This document shows positions 20,401-28,031 of a stretch of DNA of 64,000 nt, piece after piece. The stretch's first letter is position 1. Every line of letters begins with the position of its first letter. The stretch lies in contig SVNT01000004.1 in NCBI GenBank assembly GCA_015066785.1, positions 126,376 to 190,375 of the forward strand, read 5' to 3'. Under the pieces are notes generated by a model. That model saw nothing but the letters and a program-made list of their open reading frames with translations, ran no database searches and was not told the DNA's origin. The translations under genes were made by a program, and so were the position numbers. Source of the stretch: Ruminococcus sp. Lineage in GTDB: Bacteria > Bacillota > Clostridia > Oscillospirales > Ruminococcaceae.

Positions 20401-22011
20401 AAAATGGATACCTCTGATATTGATTTTTCAAAAGGTCTTATATCTGTATTTGGTATGATTGATAATCCCGAAAAGCAATCCCAGTATCCCGCAACGATAG
20501 ATATATCAAAAACATCGAACATACTTGTTTCAGGTATGTCGGGTTCGGGAAAATCAACATTCCTCCAGACAGTTGTCTATTCACTCGTTTCAAACTATAC
20601 GCCCGACGAATTCCAGTTCTATTTTATTGACTTTTCGAGCAGAACAACAAGAAAGTTTGAAAAACTGCCTCATTGCGGCGGAGTTGTTTTCCAGGAAAAC
20701 AGCGAGCATATAGAAAGACTTTTCAAGCTTCTTGATAAAGAGTGCGAAGAAAGGAGAAGGCTTTTTGACGAGGCGAACACAGGTGGATTCGGAGAGTATG
20801 TAAAGAAGAAAAGAATACCTATGATTTTGCTTGTGATAGATAATTACGCAGGCTTCGCCGAAGGCTACCCTGAATTTGCCGAAAAGCTTGCAGCCTTTTC
20901 AAGAGACTGTCTTAAGTATGGAATTCAGCTTATTATCTCAGCAGGCAATCCAAACGATGTCAAATATAAAATGCAGCAGAATATAGGTTACAAAATCGCA
21001 TTACAGCTTTCCGACCGTTATGGATATAACGAGGTGTTCGGAAAATCCCCCGACTTTGCGCCATCCAAATACGCAGGCCGTGGAATTATCAAGGAAAACG
21101 AGCTTCTTGAATTCCAGACAGCTGTACCTTTTGAAATTGCAGATGAAACAGCACGCTCCGACAGAATGATTTCGGATATTTCAGATATTGCACGGAAATA
21201 TAAAAAGCACAAATCCGCAAAGAAAATTCCTGCTTTGCCGAAGGATGAGCCGTATGTTGATTTTTACAGAAACAACAAATCAGACGGACTGATTCCGTTG
21301 GGATATGATACAAATGATATTTCTGTCATAGCACCACTGAGAAAAGATATATTCTGCCTTGCAGTAGGTGGGCGTGAAGAAAAGAGCATTGCTCTCGTAT
21401 TTGACAATCTCGCTTTTTGCGCAAAGCAATCAGGTGCGGTTGTTTGGTATTTCAGGACGACATCGGATATTCTTTGTCAGTCGGAATTTGTGGATAAAAT
21501 CTATACCTCTGCTGACATTATAGAGTTCCTTGAGGGAGTACAGAAAGAATTTGAAGTTGCTTCAGAAATAAGAGGAAAATACAAGGATACAATGAATGCA
21601 ACTGCATTGGAAGAAAAAGTTGTGGAAGAAAAGAAGATGCTGTACATATTCATAGACAGCATGGCTGAATTCCACAAAATAATATACGATGCTTCCAATA
21701 AGTATCCTCTTAACACGCTTGTCGAGGAAACATTCAGATATGGAGAAAAGAGAGGCGTAAGCTTTATTGCGGGATTTGGCCAGGACAGCTATATCGATGC
21801 CGTTCATAGCAATGCCTGCAAGAACTTCCTTCTCAACAAGACGATTCTTCATATGGGCGGATGTCTCGAACAACAGAAGATGTATTCTTCATCATTGCCA
21901 TATAACATCCAGAACAAACCTCTCGATATGAATGTCGGATATTTCTTTGACGGAACGTCCGAAAGACGTATATTCATACCATTATCGGAACGGAGGGAAA
22001 ACGATGCTTGA
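17419..22011 (+). CDS. essC: T7SS FtsK/SpoIIIE-family ATPase EssC
   Basis: 1530 aa. N-terminal FHA-like ITIGMDDSCDIVY..HATL..STNGTFLNG, then two TM helices. Walker A GTTGSGKSE and GMSGSGKST, with a third degenerate P-loop region (VGGREEKS). Confidence 0.9.
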   Translation: MAYIFYFNFKENVYEYPLPAVRNRAVSIDLSEFSSEKGVINLEMFDGVWKLLPSDDFDYFINGAPIKEKEIGDGDKFTVRGKKGGLQFMIFALIASENIRVYKKWSLDGVDTITIGMDDSCDIVYKEQFVSHNHATLKRNGTDFFISDSSTNGTFLNGVKISEETKLSVFDTIYILGLKIIYLGGYIATNKILELDVNLAEVCDTTIEYEPYEDESDFSRSPRRTEPLDDEVVEIEAPPAQHKATSQPLIFIIGPSVTMPLPIMISIVINMMSSGNTANPLMYLGTVISVVCSGFIGAGWALAHQFYNKKTMKKQEEERVKAYGEYIAKNEKLLSEKQDKNKSIMEEQFLSSDKLMSRILEDNTSLWNRNINHADFSTIRFGTGSVKMTNGISIPKERFSMSDDSLADKPREIFDRYNIMEGCAYTTRLIGNKIWGILGEYENVMNIVNNIVVQLSALHSYNDIKIAILCRENEKDKYLWMKWLPHMFTADKKIRMFGCDGNSIKNVCSFLGGELRSREENAGDSSKNQMILPHYFVICTDKNILEKNIISKYIMNNSELGFTFILAYEKMDKLPNECKVIIQHDDTYSGIYSLSSTIDETNSVVFDNVDTKKAERYSRAINGLYLTEFSQGEIPASVDYLDMLGIGRFEQWNLIKKYKENRSYESIASFIGIGAGNRPVILDISEKMHGPHGLVAGTTGSGKSETIQTFILSLILNYSPDEVAFILIDYKGGGMAAAFNGIPHLAGIITNLGGDTGDGEIDENLTRRALISIKSEIKRRQKIFNRFKVNHINQYIKMYRGGTVSEALPHLIIISDEFAELKHKQPEFIKELVSVARVGRSLGIHLILATQKPAGVVDEEIWSNSRFKICLKVQDKQDSMGMLKRPEAAYLVNTGRAYMQVGNDEIFDMFQSGYSGAEYIPTDDFVSSKDKEVIMIDIDGTYLEENIMSENKNQTEVSQLKAGIDYIIAVSAANQIKATRKLWNESLSSLIGLDKMDTSDIDFSKGLISVFGMIDNPEKQSQYPATIDISKTSNILVSGMSGSGKSTFLQTVVYSLVSNYTPDEFQFYFIDFSSRTTRKFEKLPHCGGVVFQENSEHIERLFKLLDKECEERRRLFDEANTGGFGEYVKKKRIPMILLVIDNYAGFAEGYPEFAEKLAAFSRDCLKYGIQLIISAGNPNDVKYKMQQNIGYKIALQLSDRYGYNEVFGKSPDFAPSKYAGRGIIKENELLEFQTAVPFEIADETARSDRMISDISDIARKYKKHKSAKKIPALPKDEPYVDFYRNNKSDGLIPLGYDTNDISVIAPLRKDIFCLAVGGREEKSIALVFDNLAFCAKQSGAVVWYFRTTSDILCQSEFVDKIYTSADIIEFLEGVQKEFEVASEIRGKYKDTMNATALEEKVVEEKKMLYIFIDSMAEFHKIIYDASNKYPLNTLVEETFRYGEKRGVSFIAGFGQDSYIDAVHSNACKNFLLNKTILHMGGCLEQQKMYSSSLPYNIQNKPLDMNVGYFFDGTSERRIFIPLSERRENDA

Positions 22012-22735
22012 TGTTTATGTATATGACTCCGATATATCAAGGCATGTTTCAGTACAAAAATATTGCTTTACATATTTTATTCAGAATAACATCCAGTCTG
22101 AAATCAGATGCATTACCGATAATGTAAAAGAAGCGGGAGAAGTTTTTTCAAAAGCAGAAAGCCAATCGATTTTCATAATAAGTTGTGATGAACATACTGA
22201 TTTTCTTATAAATTCATTGAGGAAAGGAAATCGTGAAAACTATCTTATAATAGTCGCAAATGATTTCAACGATATTCTTCAATATATGAAACCGGGACAT
22301 AATCCTTCCGGTTTCATATTGAGACCTATGACTCAGAATGATATAAATAAGCTCATAGGCGATATAATTTCGGATTATATATCGAAGAAGAAAGAGCACG
22401 GGTTCGGATGCTTTACATTCAAGTCGAAGTCAACGGAGTACAGCATACCCTTTGAGTCTATTCTTTCCTTTGAAAGCGGAAACAAAAAGATAATCGTAAA
22501 AACTTCGGAAAATGAATATTCTTTTTACGGAACGCTTGATGAAATCCAGAATAATCTCCCTGATGGATTTATAAGAATTCATAAAAGCTTTATCATCAAT
22601 ATAGCGTGGATAAAACAGATTGATTATTCCGACTCAAAAATCATTTTAAACAATGGCAATATTGTTTATTTTTCGAGGACATACCGAAATATCATCAAGG
22701 AACTTTTTAACATTGGAACAGAAACTGTTTCATAA
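22004..22735 (+). CDS. Atypical receiver + LytTR DNA-binding regulator, translationally coupled to essC
   Basis: The ATG at 22004 overlaps the essC stop at 22009-22011. The C-terminal half (IPFESILSFES...IRIHKSFIINI...YFSRTYRN) is LytTR-like. Confidence 0.75.
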   Translation: MLDVYVYDSDISRHVSVQKYCFTYFIQNNIQSEIRCITDNVKEAGEVFSKAESQSIFIISCDEHTDFLINSLRKGNRENYLIIVANDFNDILQYMKPGHNPSGFILRPMTQNDINKLIGDIISDYISKKKEHGFGCFTFKSKSTEYSIPFESILSFESGNKKIIVKTSENEYSFYGTLDEIQNNLPDGFIRIHKSFIINIAWIKQIDYSDSKIILNNGNIVYFSRTYRNIIKELFNIGTETVS

Positions 22736-22749
22736 GAAAGGAAATTTAT

Positions 22750-23007
22750 ATGACAAAAATACTTGTCGAAATCAGCTGTCCGTCAACTGCAAGAAGTTAC
22801 GAATTCTGGATTTCAAAGCAGATGCTTATACGGGATATTATAGCAATCTGTATGAAAGAAATCTGTATGACTGAAGGCAGTAAAAGCATTTTCAGTGACA
22901 GCAAGAATATAAGCCTTTTCTCGCAAAGATTGTGTATGCCGCTTAACGAAAACTATACTGCAACGGAAGCGGGAATTATAGGCGGAGACAAACTTATGAT
23001 TGTGTAA
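22750..23007 (+). CDS. esaB: YukD/EsaB-like ubiquitin-fold T7SS protein
   Basis: 85 aa. MTKILVEISCP...YEFWISKQMLIRDII...EAGIIGGDKLMIV matches the YukD pattern, and the gene sits next to essC. Confidence 0.7.
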   Translation: MTKILVEISCPSTARSYEFWISKQMLIRDIIAICMKEICMTEGSKSIFSDSKNISLFSQRLCMPLNENYTATEAGIIGGDKLMIV

Positions 23008-23022
23008 AAGGAGATTTTATTT

Positions 23023-24621
23023 ATGCAGAAAAAATCCAAAATCATCATAATCTCAATAGCGGCGGCACTCGTTCTGGTAGTGGGAGTGTTCACTGCAATA
23101 TCCCTCATCGGCTCGTCGGAAGCCCCCGTAGTGCAAGCGGGCACAAGCGAACAGCTTTCGTTGGGGCAGAAGTTCCTCATTGACCTTGAGTACGAAAAAG
23201 CCGTGGCGGAGTTTAATGCGGTAATAGAAATCGAGCCAAAGAATGTCGACGCTTACATAGGTCTTGCCGACGCATATATCGGTATGGGCGATGAAAACAA
23301 GGCAATAGAAGCCCTCGAAAAAGGTCTTGCTGAAACAGGCGACGAGAGAATCCGGGCAAAGCTTGATGAGGTGAAGAAAGCAGAAGAGACGACAACAGCG
23401 ACAGTTACAACATCTGAAACGACAGAAGCCAGCCCCACAGTTATCATAAAAGAAGATATAGAATTAGCAATAACAAGTGATAAAAAGGCTACAATTACAT
23501 TAAAAAATCTTGACATAAAAGATAGTTATGTTGTTAATAAAGAAACATCTATTATGAATGAGTTGGAATACAGCTGGGGTGTAAGAATGCTCGGAAATCC
23601 TAAGGTACTGGAAGCCTCAATAACATCATGGGCAAACCCTCCCGGCTCTCCTGGGCTGAATAAAGAAAAAACAATTGAAGAAATGCAAAGCGACTTATGG
23701 GATTGCTATGAAGGCGGCGCTGGTCTTGTTGAAAACGCCGTGACAAGTACAACATGTTTTTCAGATAAAATTATATGGGATGTGGTAGTTCCCGATGAAT
23801 ATGATTTTAGTTTTTACAATGTAACAGAATTTGAAATCAGGATTTATGACGGAACTGGCAATTGGGAAGAGCGGGCTGTTGTATTGAATGATGAAACAAC
23901 GGTGGAAACCACAACGGCTCCTGAAACCACAGCTGCATTAGAAAAACCTGAAATAAGATATTTTGACGATTGTTGTTATGCGAAATATCAGTATGATTCA
24001 GACGGAAGGGTAGTTTATGAGGAATTTTATAATAAGATAGAAGATAATATTCCTTATTTGTGTTGTAAAATTCTTTATGATTCGGATGGAAATTTCATAG
24101 GTGAAACAATTGCAACTCCGCCAAGAGGGGGTTATAGTTTGCGTGAGTATGACTCACAGAATAAATTGATAAAAAGCACAGAATATGAGTGGAGCAATGG
24201 CGAAGACATTATTGAAGCCTATTCGAATTATGAGTATAATTCAAATGGCAAACTTGTAAAAGAAATTTATTATTCTTTAAACTATGAAACTCAAGAATTT
24301 GAATTGAGTACGATTTATGAGTATGATTCAAATGGCAAACTTGTAAAAGAAATTTATTATTCTTTAAACTATGAAACTCAAGAATTTGAATTGAGTACGA
24401 TTTATTATGAGTATGATTCAAACGAAAAACTGATAAAAAGAACTACATACAGTACCGATGGAACATATAAGGTGACAGAAGAAAGTGAGACAACTTACTA
24501 CAATGCGGACGGAACAGTAGATTGGGTTTTCTCACGTGGGCTGAAAGATGAAAAAAATGGTCGGCTTAGCACATATGAAAAACATTGTCACCACCACAAA
24601 CCTGGCGCACAGTACGATTAA
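23023..24621 (+). CDS. Signal-anchor + TPR N-module protein D, mixed beta-rich + YD/MORN-like ectodomain
   Basis: Same N-module. The C-terminus contains a perfect 87-bp tandem duplication. Confidence 0.75.
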   Translation: MQKKSKIIIISIAAALVLVVGVFTAISLIGSSEAPVVQAGTSEQLSLGQKFLIDLEYEKAVAEFNAVIEIEPKNVDAYIGLADAYIGMGDENKAIEALEKGLAETGDERIRAKLDEVKKAEETTTATVTTSETTEASPTVIIKEDIELAITSDKKATITLKNLDIKDSYVVNKETSIMNELEYSWGVRMLGNPKVLEASITSWANPPGSPGLNKEKTIEEMQSDLWDCYEGGAGLVENAVTSTTCFSDKIIWDVVVPDEYDFSFYNVTEFEIRIYDGTGNWEERAVVLNDETTVETTTAPETTAALEKPEIRYFDDCCYAKYQYDSDGRVVYEEFYNKIEDNIPYLCCKILYDSDGNFIGETIATPPRGGYSLREYDSQNKLIKSTEYEWSNGEDIIEAYSNYEYNSNGKLVKEIYYSLNYETQEFELSTIYEYDSNGKLVKEIYYSLNYETQEFELSTIYYEYDSNEKLIKRTTYSTDGTYKVTEESETTYYNADGTVDWVFSRGLKDEKNGRLSTYEKHCHHHKPGAQYD

Positions 24622-24630
24622 GCTTAACGA

Positions 24631-24663
24631 AAAAAGGACAACCATTAAAGGTTGTCCTTTTTT
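24631..24663. terminator. Bidirectional terminator between convergent anchor genes D and E
   Basis: GGACAACC ATTAAA GGTTGTCC hairpin flanked by A-run and T-run. Confidence 0.75.
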
Positions 24664-24669
24664 GTGGGG

Positions 24670-26235
24670 TTAGTCGATATATTCAGACAAATCCCATTCA
24701 TAATATGAGGGGTTGCTCGTTGAAATGTTGTCGGGGCAGTTTGTTATATAGCAATTTGTAGTTATTACTGTATCGAGTTTCTGCATATCGGCAAGCGGGC
24801 TGAGGTCTGAAACATTTGTGTCGTATAAAAAAAGACATTCAAGGTCTTTACAATTCTCAAGCGGGCTGATATCCGAAACCTGTGTATCTCCGATATTCAA
24901 CATTCTGAGTTTCGTCATTCCCGATAATGCGGATATATCATATATGTAGATGGTATCGTAATTTGATGCTGTTGTATCAGATACAGATAATGCTCTCATT
25001 TCTGTCATGCCCGATAACGCAGATAAATCCTTAGGATTATTTCCCGAAAGCTCAAGCACTTTCAGTTGTGTCATTCCTGATAATGCAGATATATCGCTTA
25101 TGTTGTTGTTGCTAAGATTTAGAGTTTCAAGTTTTGTCATTCCTGATAATGCAGATATATCGCTTATGTTGTTGCTGGCAAGACTTAGATATTCAAGTTT
25201 TGTCATTCCTGATAATGCAGATATATCACTTATGTTGGTACTATAAAGATATAACTCATTCATATTTGTCATATCAGATAATGCAGATATATCGCTTATG
25301 TTGGTGTAGCTAAGAGCTAGATATTCAAGTTTTGTCATTCCTGATAATGCAGATATATCGCTTATGTTGTTGTAGCCAAGACCTAGAAATTCAAGTTTTG
25401 TCATTCCTGATAATGCGGATATATCGCGTATGTTGTTGTAGCCAAGTTGGAGGAAATCAAGGTTTACAAGCCCTGAAAGTCCTGAAATATCATAAAGTGC
25501 TGAACAATGTAATTCGAGATGCTTTAATTGTTTCATTTCACCTATAACCGATATATTTTCTTTTGAAAGGTTAAAGCCTGCTATTTCAAGAACTTCGAGT
25601 TGTTCGAGTAATGCTATTTTTTCAAGTTCTTTCGGATTAAACATTGCATTTTCGACAACAAAACTCTGTTCTATATCTATATCGAGATCTTCTTTAAACC
25701 ATTCTACCTCTTCTTTGATGTATTCCTCTGCGTCATCATAGCTATCATAATTTTCGATATTACTGCTTATTATAACAAGCGATTTACAATCGGCAGGGAT
25801 TTCGTTTGAAAATATTTCTATCGGCTTTGGTTTCAATTCTTCAATCTTCTTTTCAATCTTTTCGATTTTTTCATCGACAATCTTCTTATCCTCATCAGAA
25901 AGTTCGTCATAGCCTTCCTTGATAGCAACAAGCCCTTTCTCAAGGGTTTCGATTGCCTTGTTTTCGTCGCCCATACCGATATATGCGTCGGCAAGACCTA
26001 TATAAGCGTCGACATTCTTTGGCTCGATTTCGATTACGGCATTGAACTCCGCCACGGCTTTTTCGTACTCAAGGTCAATGAGGAACTTCTGCCCCAGCGA
26101 GAGCTGTTCGCTTGTACCCGCCTGCACTACGGGGGCTTCCGACGAGCCGATGAGGGATATTGCAGTGAACACTCCCACTACCAGAACGAGTGCCGCCGCT
26201 ATTGAGATTATAATAATTTTCGATTTTTTCTGCAT
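24670..26235 (-). CDS. Signal-anchor + TPR N-module protein E, leucine-rich-repeat ectodomain
   Basis: Same N-module through ...ETLEKGL, then about ten 22-aa LRR units (LSGMTKLEYLSLASNNISDISA). Confidence 0.8.
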   Translation of the reverse strand: MQKKSKIIIISIAAALVLVVGVFTAISLIGSSEAPVVQAGTSEQLSLGQKFLIDLEYEKAVAEFNAVIEIEPKNVDAYIGLADAYIGMGDENKAIETLEKGLVAIKEGYDELSDEDKKIVDEKIEKIEKKIEELKPKPIEIFSNEIPADCKSLVIISSNIENYDSYDDAEEYIKEEVEWFKEDLDIDIEQSFVVENAMFNPKELEKIALLEQLEVLEIAGFNLSKENISVIGEMKQLKHLELHCSALYDISGLSGLVNLDFLQLGYNNIRDISALSGMTKLEFLGLGYNNISDISALSGMTKLEYLALSYTNISDISALSDMTNMNELYLYSTNISDISALSGMTKLEYLSLASNNISDISALSGMTKLETLNLSNNNISDISALSGMTQLKVLELSGNNPKDLSALSGMTEMRALSVSDTTASNYDTIYIYDISALSGMTKLRMLNIGDTQVSDISPLENCKDLECLFLYDTNVSDLSPLADMQKLDTVITTNCYITNCPDNISTSNPSYYEWDLSEYID

Positions 26236-26265
26236 AAATAAAATCTCCTTCTGAATTTTAACAGA

Positions 26266-27474
26266 TTATTTTTTTAAATCAATAAGCATTTCCTTCATAA
26301 TATTATGTAGTTTATCGTTACTTTCCTTTATGTCATCAGATTGATTTATTATAATTTTTTCTCCTATTCTCACCTTGTATTTTTTTGATTTTACTTTCTC
26401 GATAACAACAGGAATGATAGGTGCGTTTGTAATCTGCGCCACTCTTACCGCACCATAACGGAAAGGTAGCAGGAGTTCATTTGTTTTATTACGGGTACCC
26501 TCGGGAAAAACAATCAGGTTGCCTTTGTTGAGTATAGTCTGAATCATCACCAATCTTGAAGTTTTTCCTGAAATCTTGCTGTATCTGTTGACATAAATCG
26601 TTCCTAACGGTTTTTGTAAAAATCTCAGAGGAGAAAGTTCGTATTCTTTCTTTGTAAGAAGCCTTGCAAAACGGTTTTTCAACACAAGATATGCAATAGG
26701 AATATCCGATGAACGCCTATGATTAAAAACAAAAATACTCCCATCTGATTCAGGAATATTATTCTGGTTTTCGATTTCAAGTTTTAAAAAACAGGACACT
26801 ATTTTTCCTAATGTTTTCATTATGATTTTGTGATTTGATTTGTATTTTTCATATTCTTCCTCATCAAAAGGAATTCTGTTATAATCACTTATGGAGTTTG
26901 TTCTGTTGATTTTATTTATTTTGCTGTATAAATCCCCGAAATCCGATACAAATTCAAAATCAGGCATATGAGAATTATATCCTGCCTGCATGCATAATAC
27001 ATTGCATACATCCTTTAAAAGTTGTATATTTTCAGGGTCATCCTCTATAAAGCAATCTATATCCAGTTCTTTTGCCAATCTGAATTTTTCTTTGGCAGCA
27101 TTATGAGTATTCACAAAATAAATGTCATCATAACAGACATTGTTTTTATATAACCATTTTTTCAGAATATTCCGTATAATCCTGCCGAACAAAAAATTGT
27201 TCGCATATGCTCGGGCAGTTATGATATATATTTTATGCCCCTGTTTTTTCAATTCACGCATTACCGCAGATGCGTTTTCCCTTATAGGCATATTGATTAT
27301 ATACCATACAAAATGCTTTATATGAAATTTCAGTTCTTTCTTTTTTGTCCAGTTGTATCTTTTTTGTAAATCAAGTTCTGTTTTATTTATTGAATTTGAT
27401 TTGGCATAATAATCAAGATACCATTCATAATCCGTAAAAACTCCATCAACATCTATGGCGATATTCATCATCAA
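26266..27474 (-). CDS. HAD-like phosphatase / nucleotidase-like domain fused to PlsC-type lysophospholipid acyltransferase
   Basis: N-terminal IAIDVDGVFTD (HAD motif I). C-terminal FNHRRSSD (HX4D) and FPEGTRN acyltransferase motifs. Confidence 0.65.
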   Translation of the reverse strand: MMMNIAIDVDGVFTDYEWYLDYYAKSNSINKTELDLQKRYNWTKKKELKFHIKHFVWYIINMPIRENASAVMRELKKQGHKIYIITARAYANNFLFGRIIRNILKKWLYKNNVCYDDIYFVNTHNAAKEKFRLAKELDIDCFIEDDPENIQLLKDVCNVLCMQAGYNSHMPDFEFVSDFGDLYSKINKINRTNSISDYNRIPFDEEEYEKYKSNHKIIMKTLGKIVSCFLKLEIENQNNIPESDGSIFVFNHRRSSDIPIAYLVLKNRFARLLTKKEYELSPLRFLQKPLGTIYVNRYSKISGKTSRLVMIQTILNKGNLIVFPEGTRNKTNELLLPFRYGAVRVAQITNAPIIPVVIEKVKSKKYKVRIGEKIIINQSDDIKESNDKLHNIMKEMLIDLKK

Positions 27475-27553
27475 AACCTCTTTTTAAAAATATATAAACA
27501 AACTTGAATTTTCTTTGAAATGAATTCTATTTATAATAAGTATAATCGTATTT

Positions 27554-27582
27554 ATTATACTATTTTAATTATTACCTGTAAA
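27554..27582 (-). promoter_or_regulatory. Sigma-A-type promoter (mirror copy of 9654-9682) facing the acyltransferase/LRR operon
   Basis: On the minus strand: TTTACA, 17 nt, TATAAT. The surrounding sequence is the inverted copy of the 9620-9700 region. Confidence 0.5.
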
Positions 27583-27615
27583 CGAAAAATCGTATAAAAT
27601 TAACGATATAGACAT

Positions 27616-27993
27616 ATGCGGGAGGTGGTAGTCATAACCGTTTTAGAGCGTATTCTTCAACTGAAGAATGAGCGCGGATGGACAGAATACCGTCTTTCAG
27701 AAGAATCGGGAATTGCACAGACCACGATTTCTTCATGGCTTAAAAAGAACATCAATCCTTCCATCCCATCGCTCATAAGTATTTGTGAAGCATTCCACAT
27801 CTCTCTTTCGGAATTTTTCGCCTTTGACAACTCGCCTGTTGTCATATCCGACAGACAACGTGAACTGCTTGACAACTGGAACAAACTGACCATTGAACAG
27901 CAGGATATTGTTTTAAACCTGCTTAAATCAATGCAGCCGACAAGGATATTCTATCAGAATATCCCGAAGGTTTCAGTCGGTTTGCAAAAATAG
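27616..27993 (+). CDS. XRE-family helix-turn-helix regulator (copy 2)
   Basis: ITVLERILQLKNERGWTEYRLSEESGIAQTTISSW... Paralog of 9300..9611 with a different ~20-aa C-terminal extension. Confidence 0.8.
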   Translation: MREVVVITVLERILQLKNERGWTEYRLSEESGIAQTTISSWLKKNINPSIPSLISICEAFHISLSEFFAFDNSPVVISDRQRELLDNWNKLTIEQQDIVLNLLKSMQPTRIFYQNIPKVSVGLQK

Positions 27994-28031
27994 CAAAGAT
28001 TATGTCGAAAAAAACAAAAATCCACACTCCT

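Noticed and set aside
24795-25590. Regular ~66-bp periodic repeats that could be mistaken for a CRISPR or satellite array.
   Set aside because: The periodicity is in-frame with gene E and encodes 22-aa leucine-rich repeats. There are no unique spacers and no cas genes.
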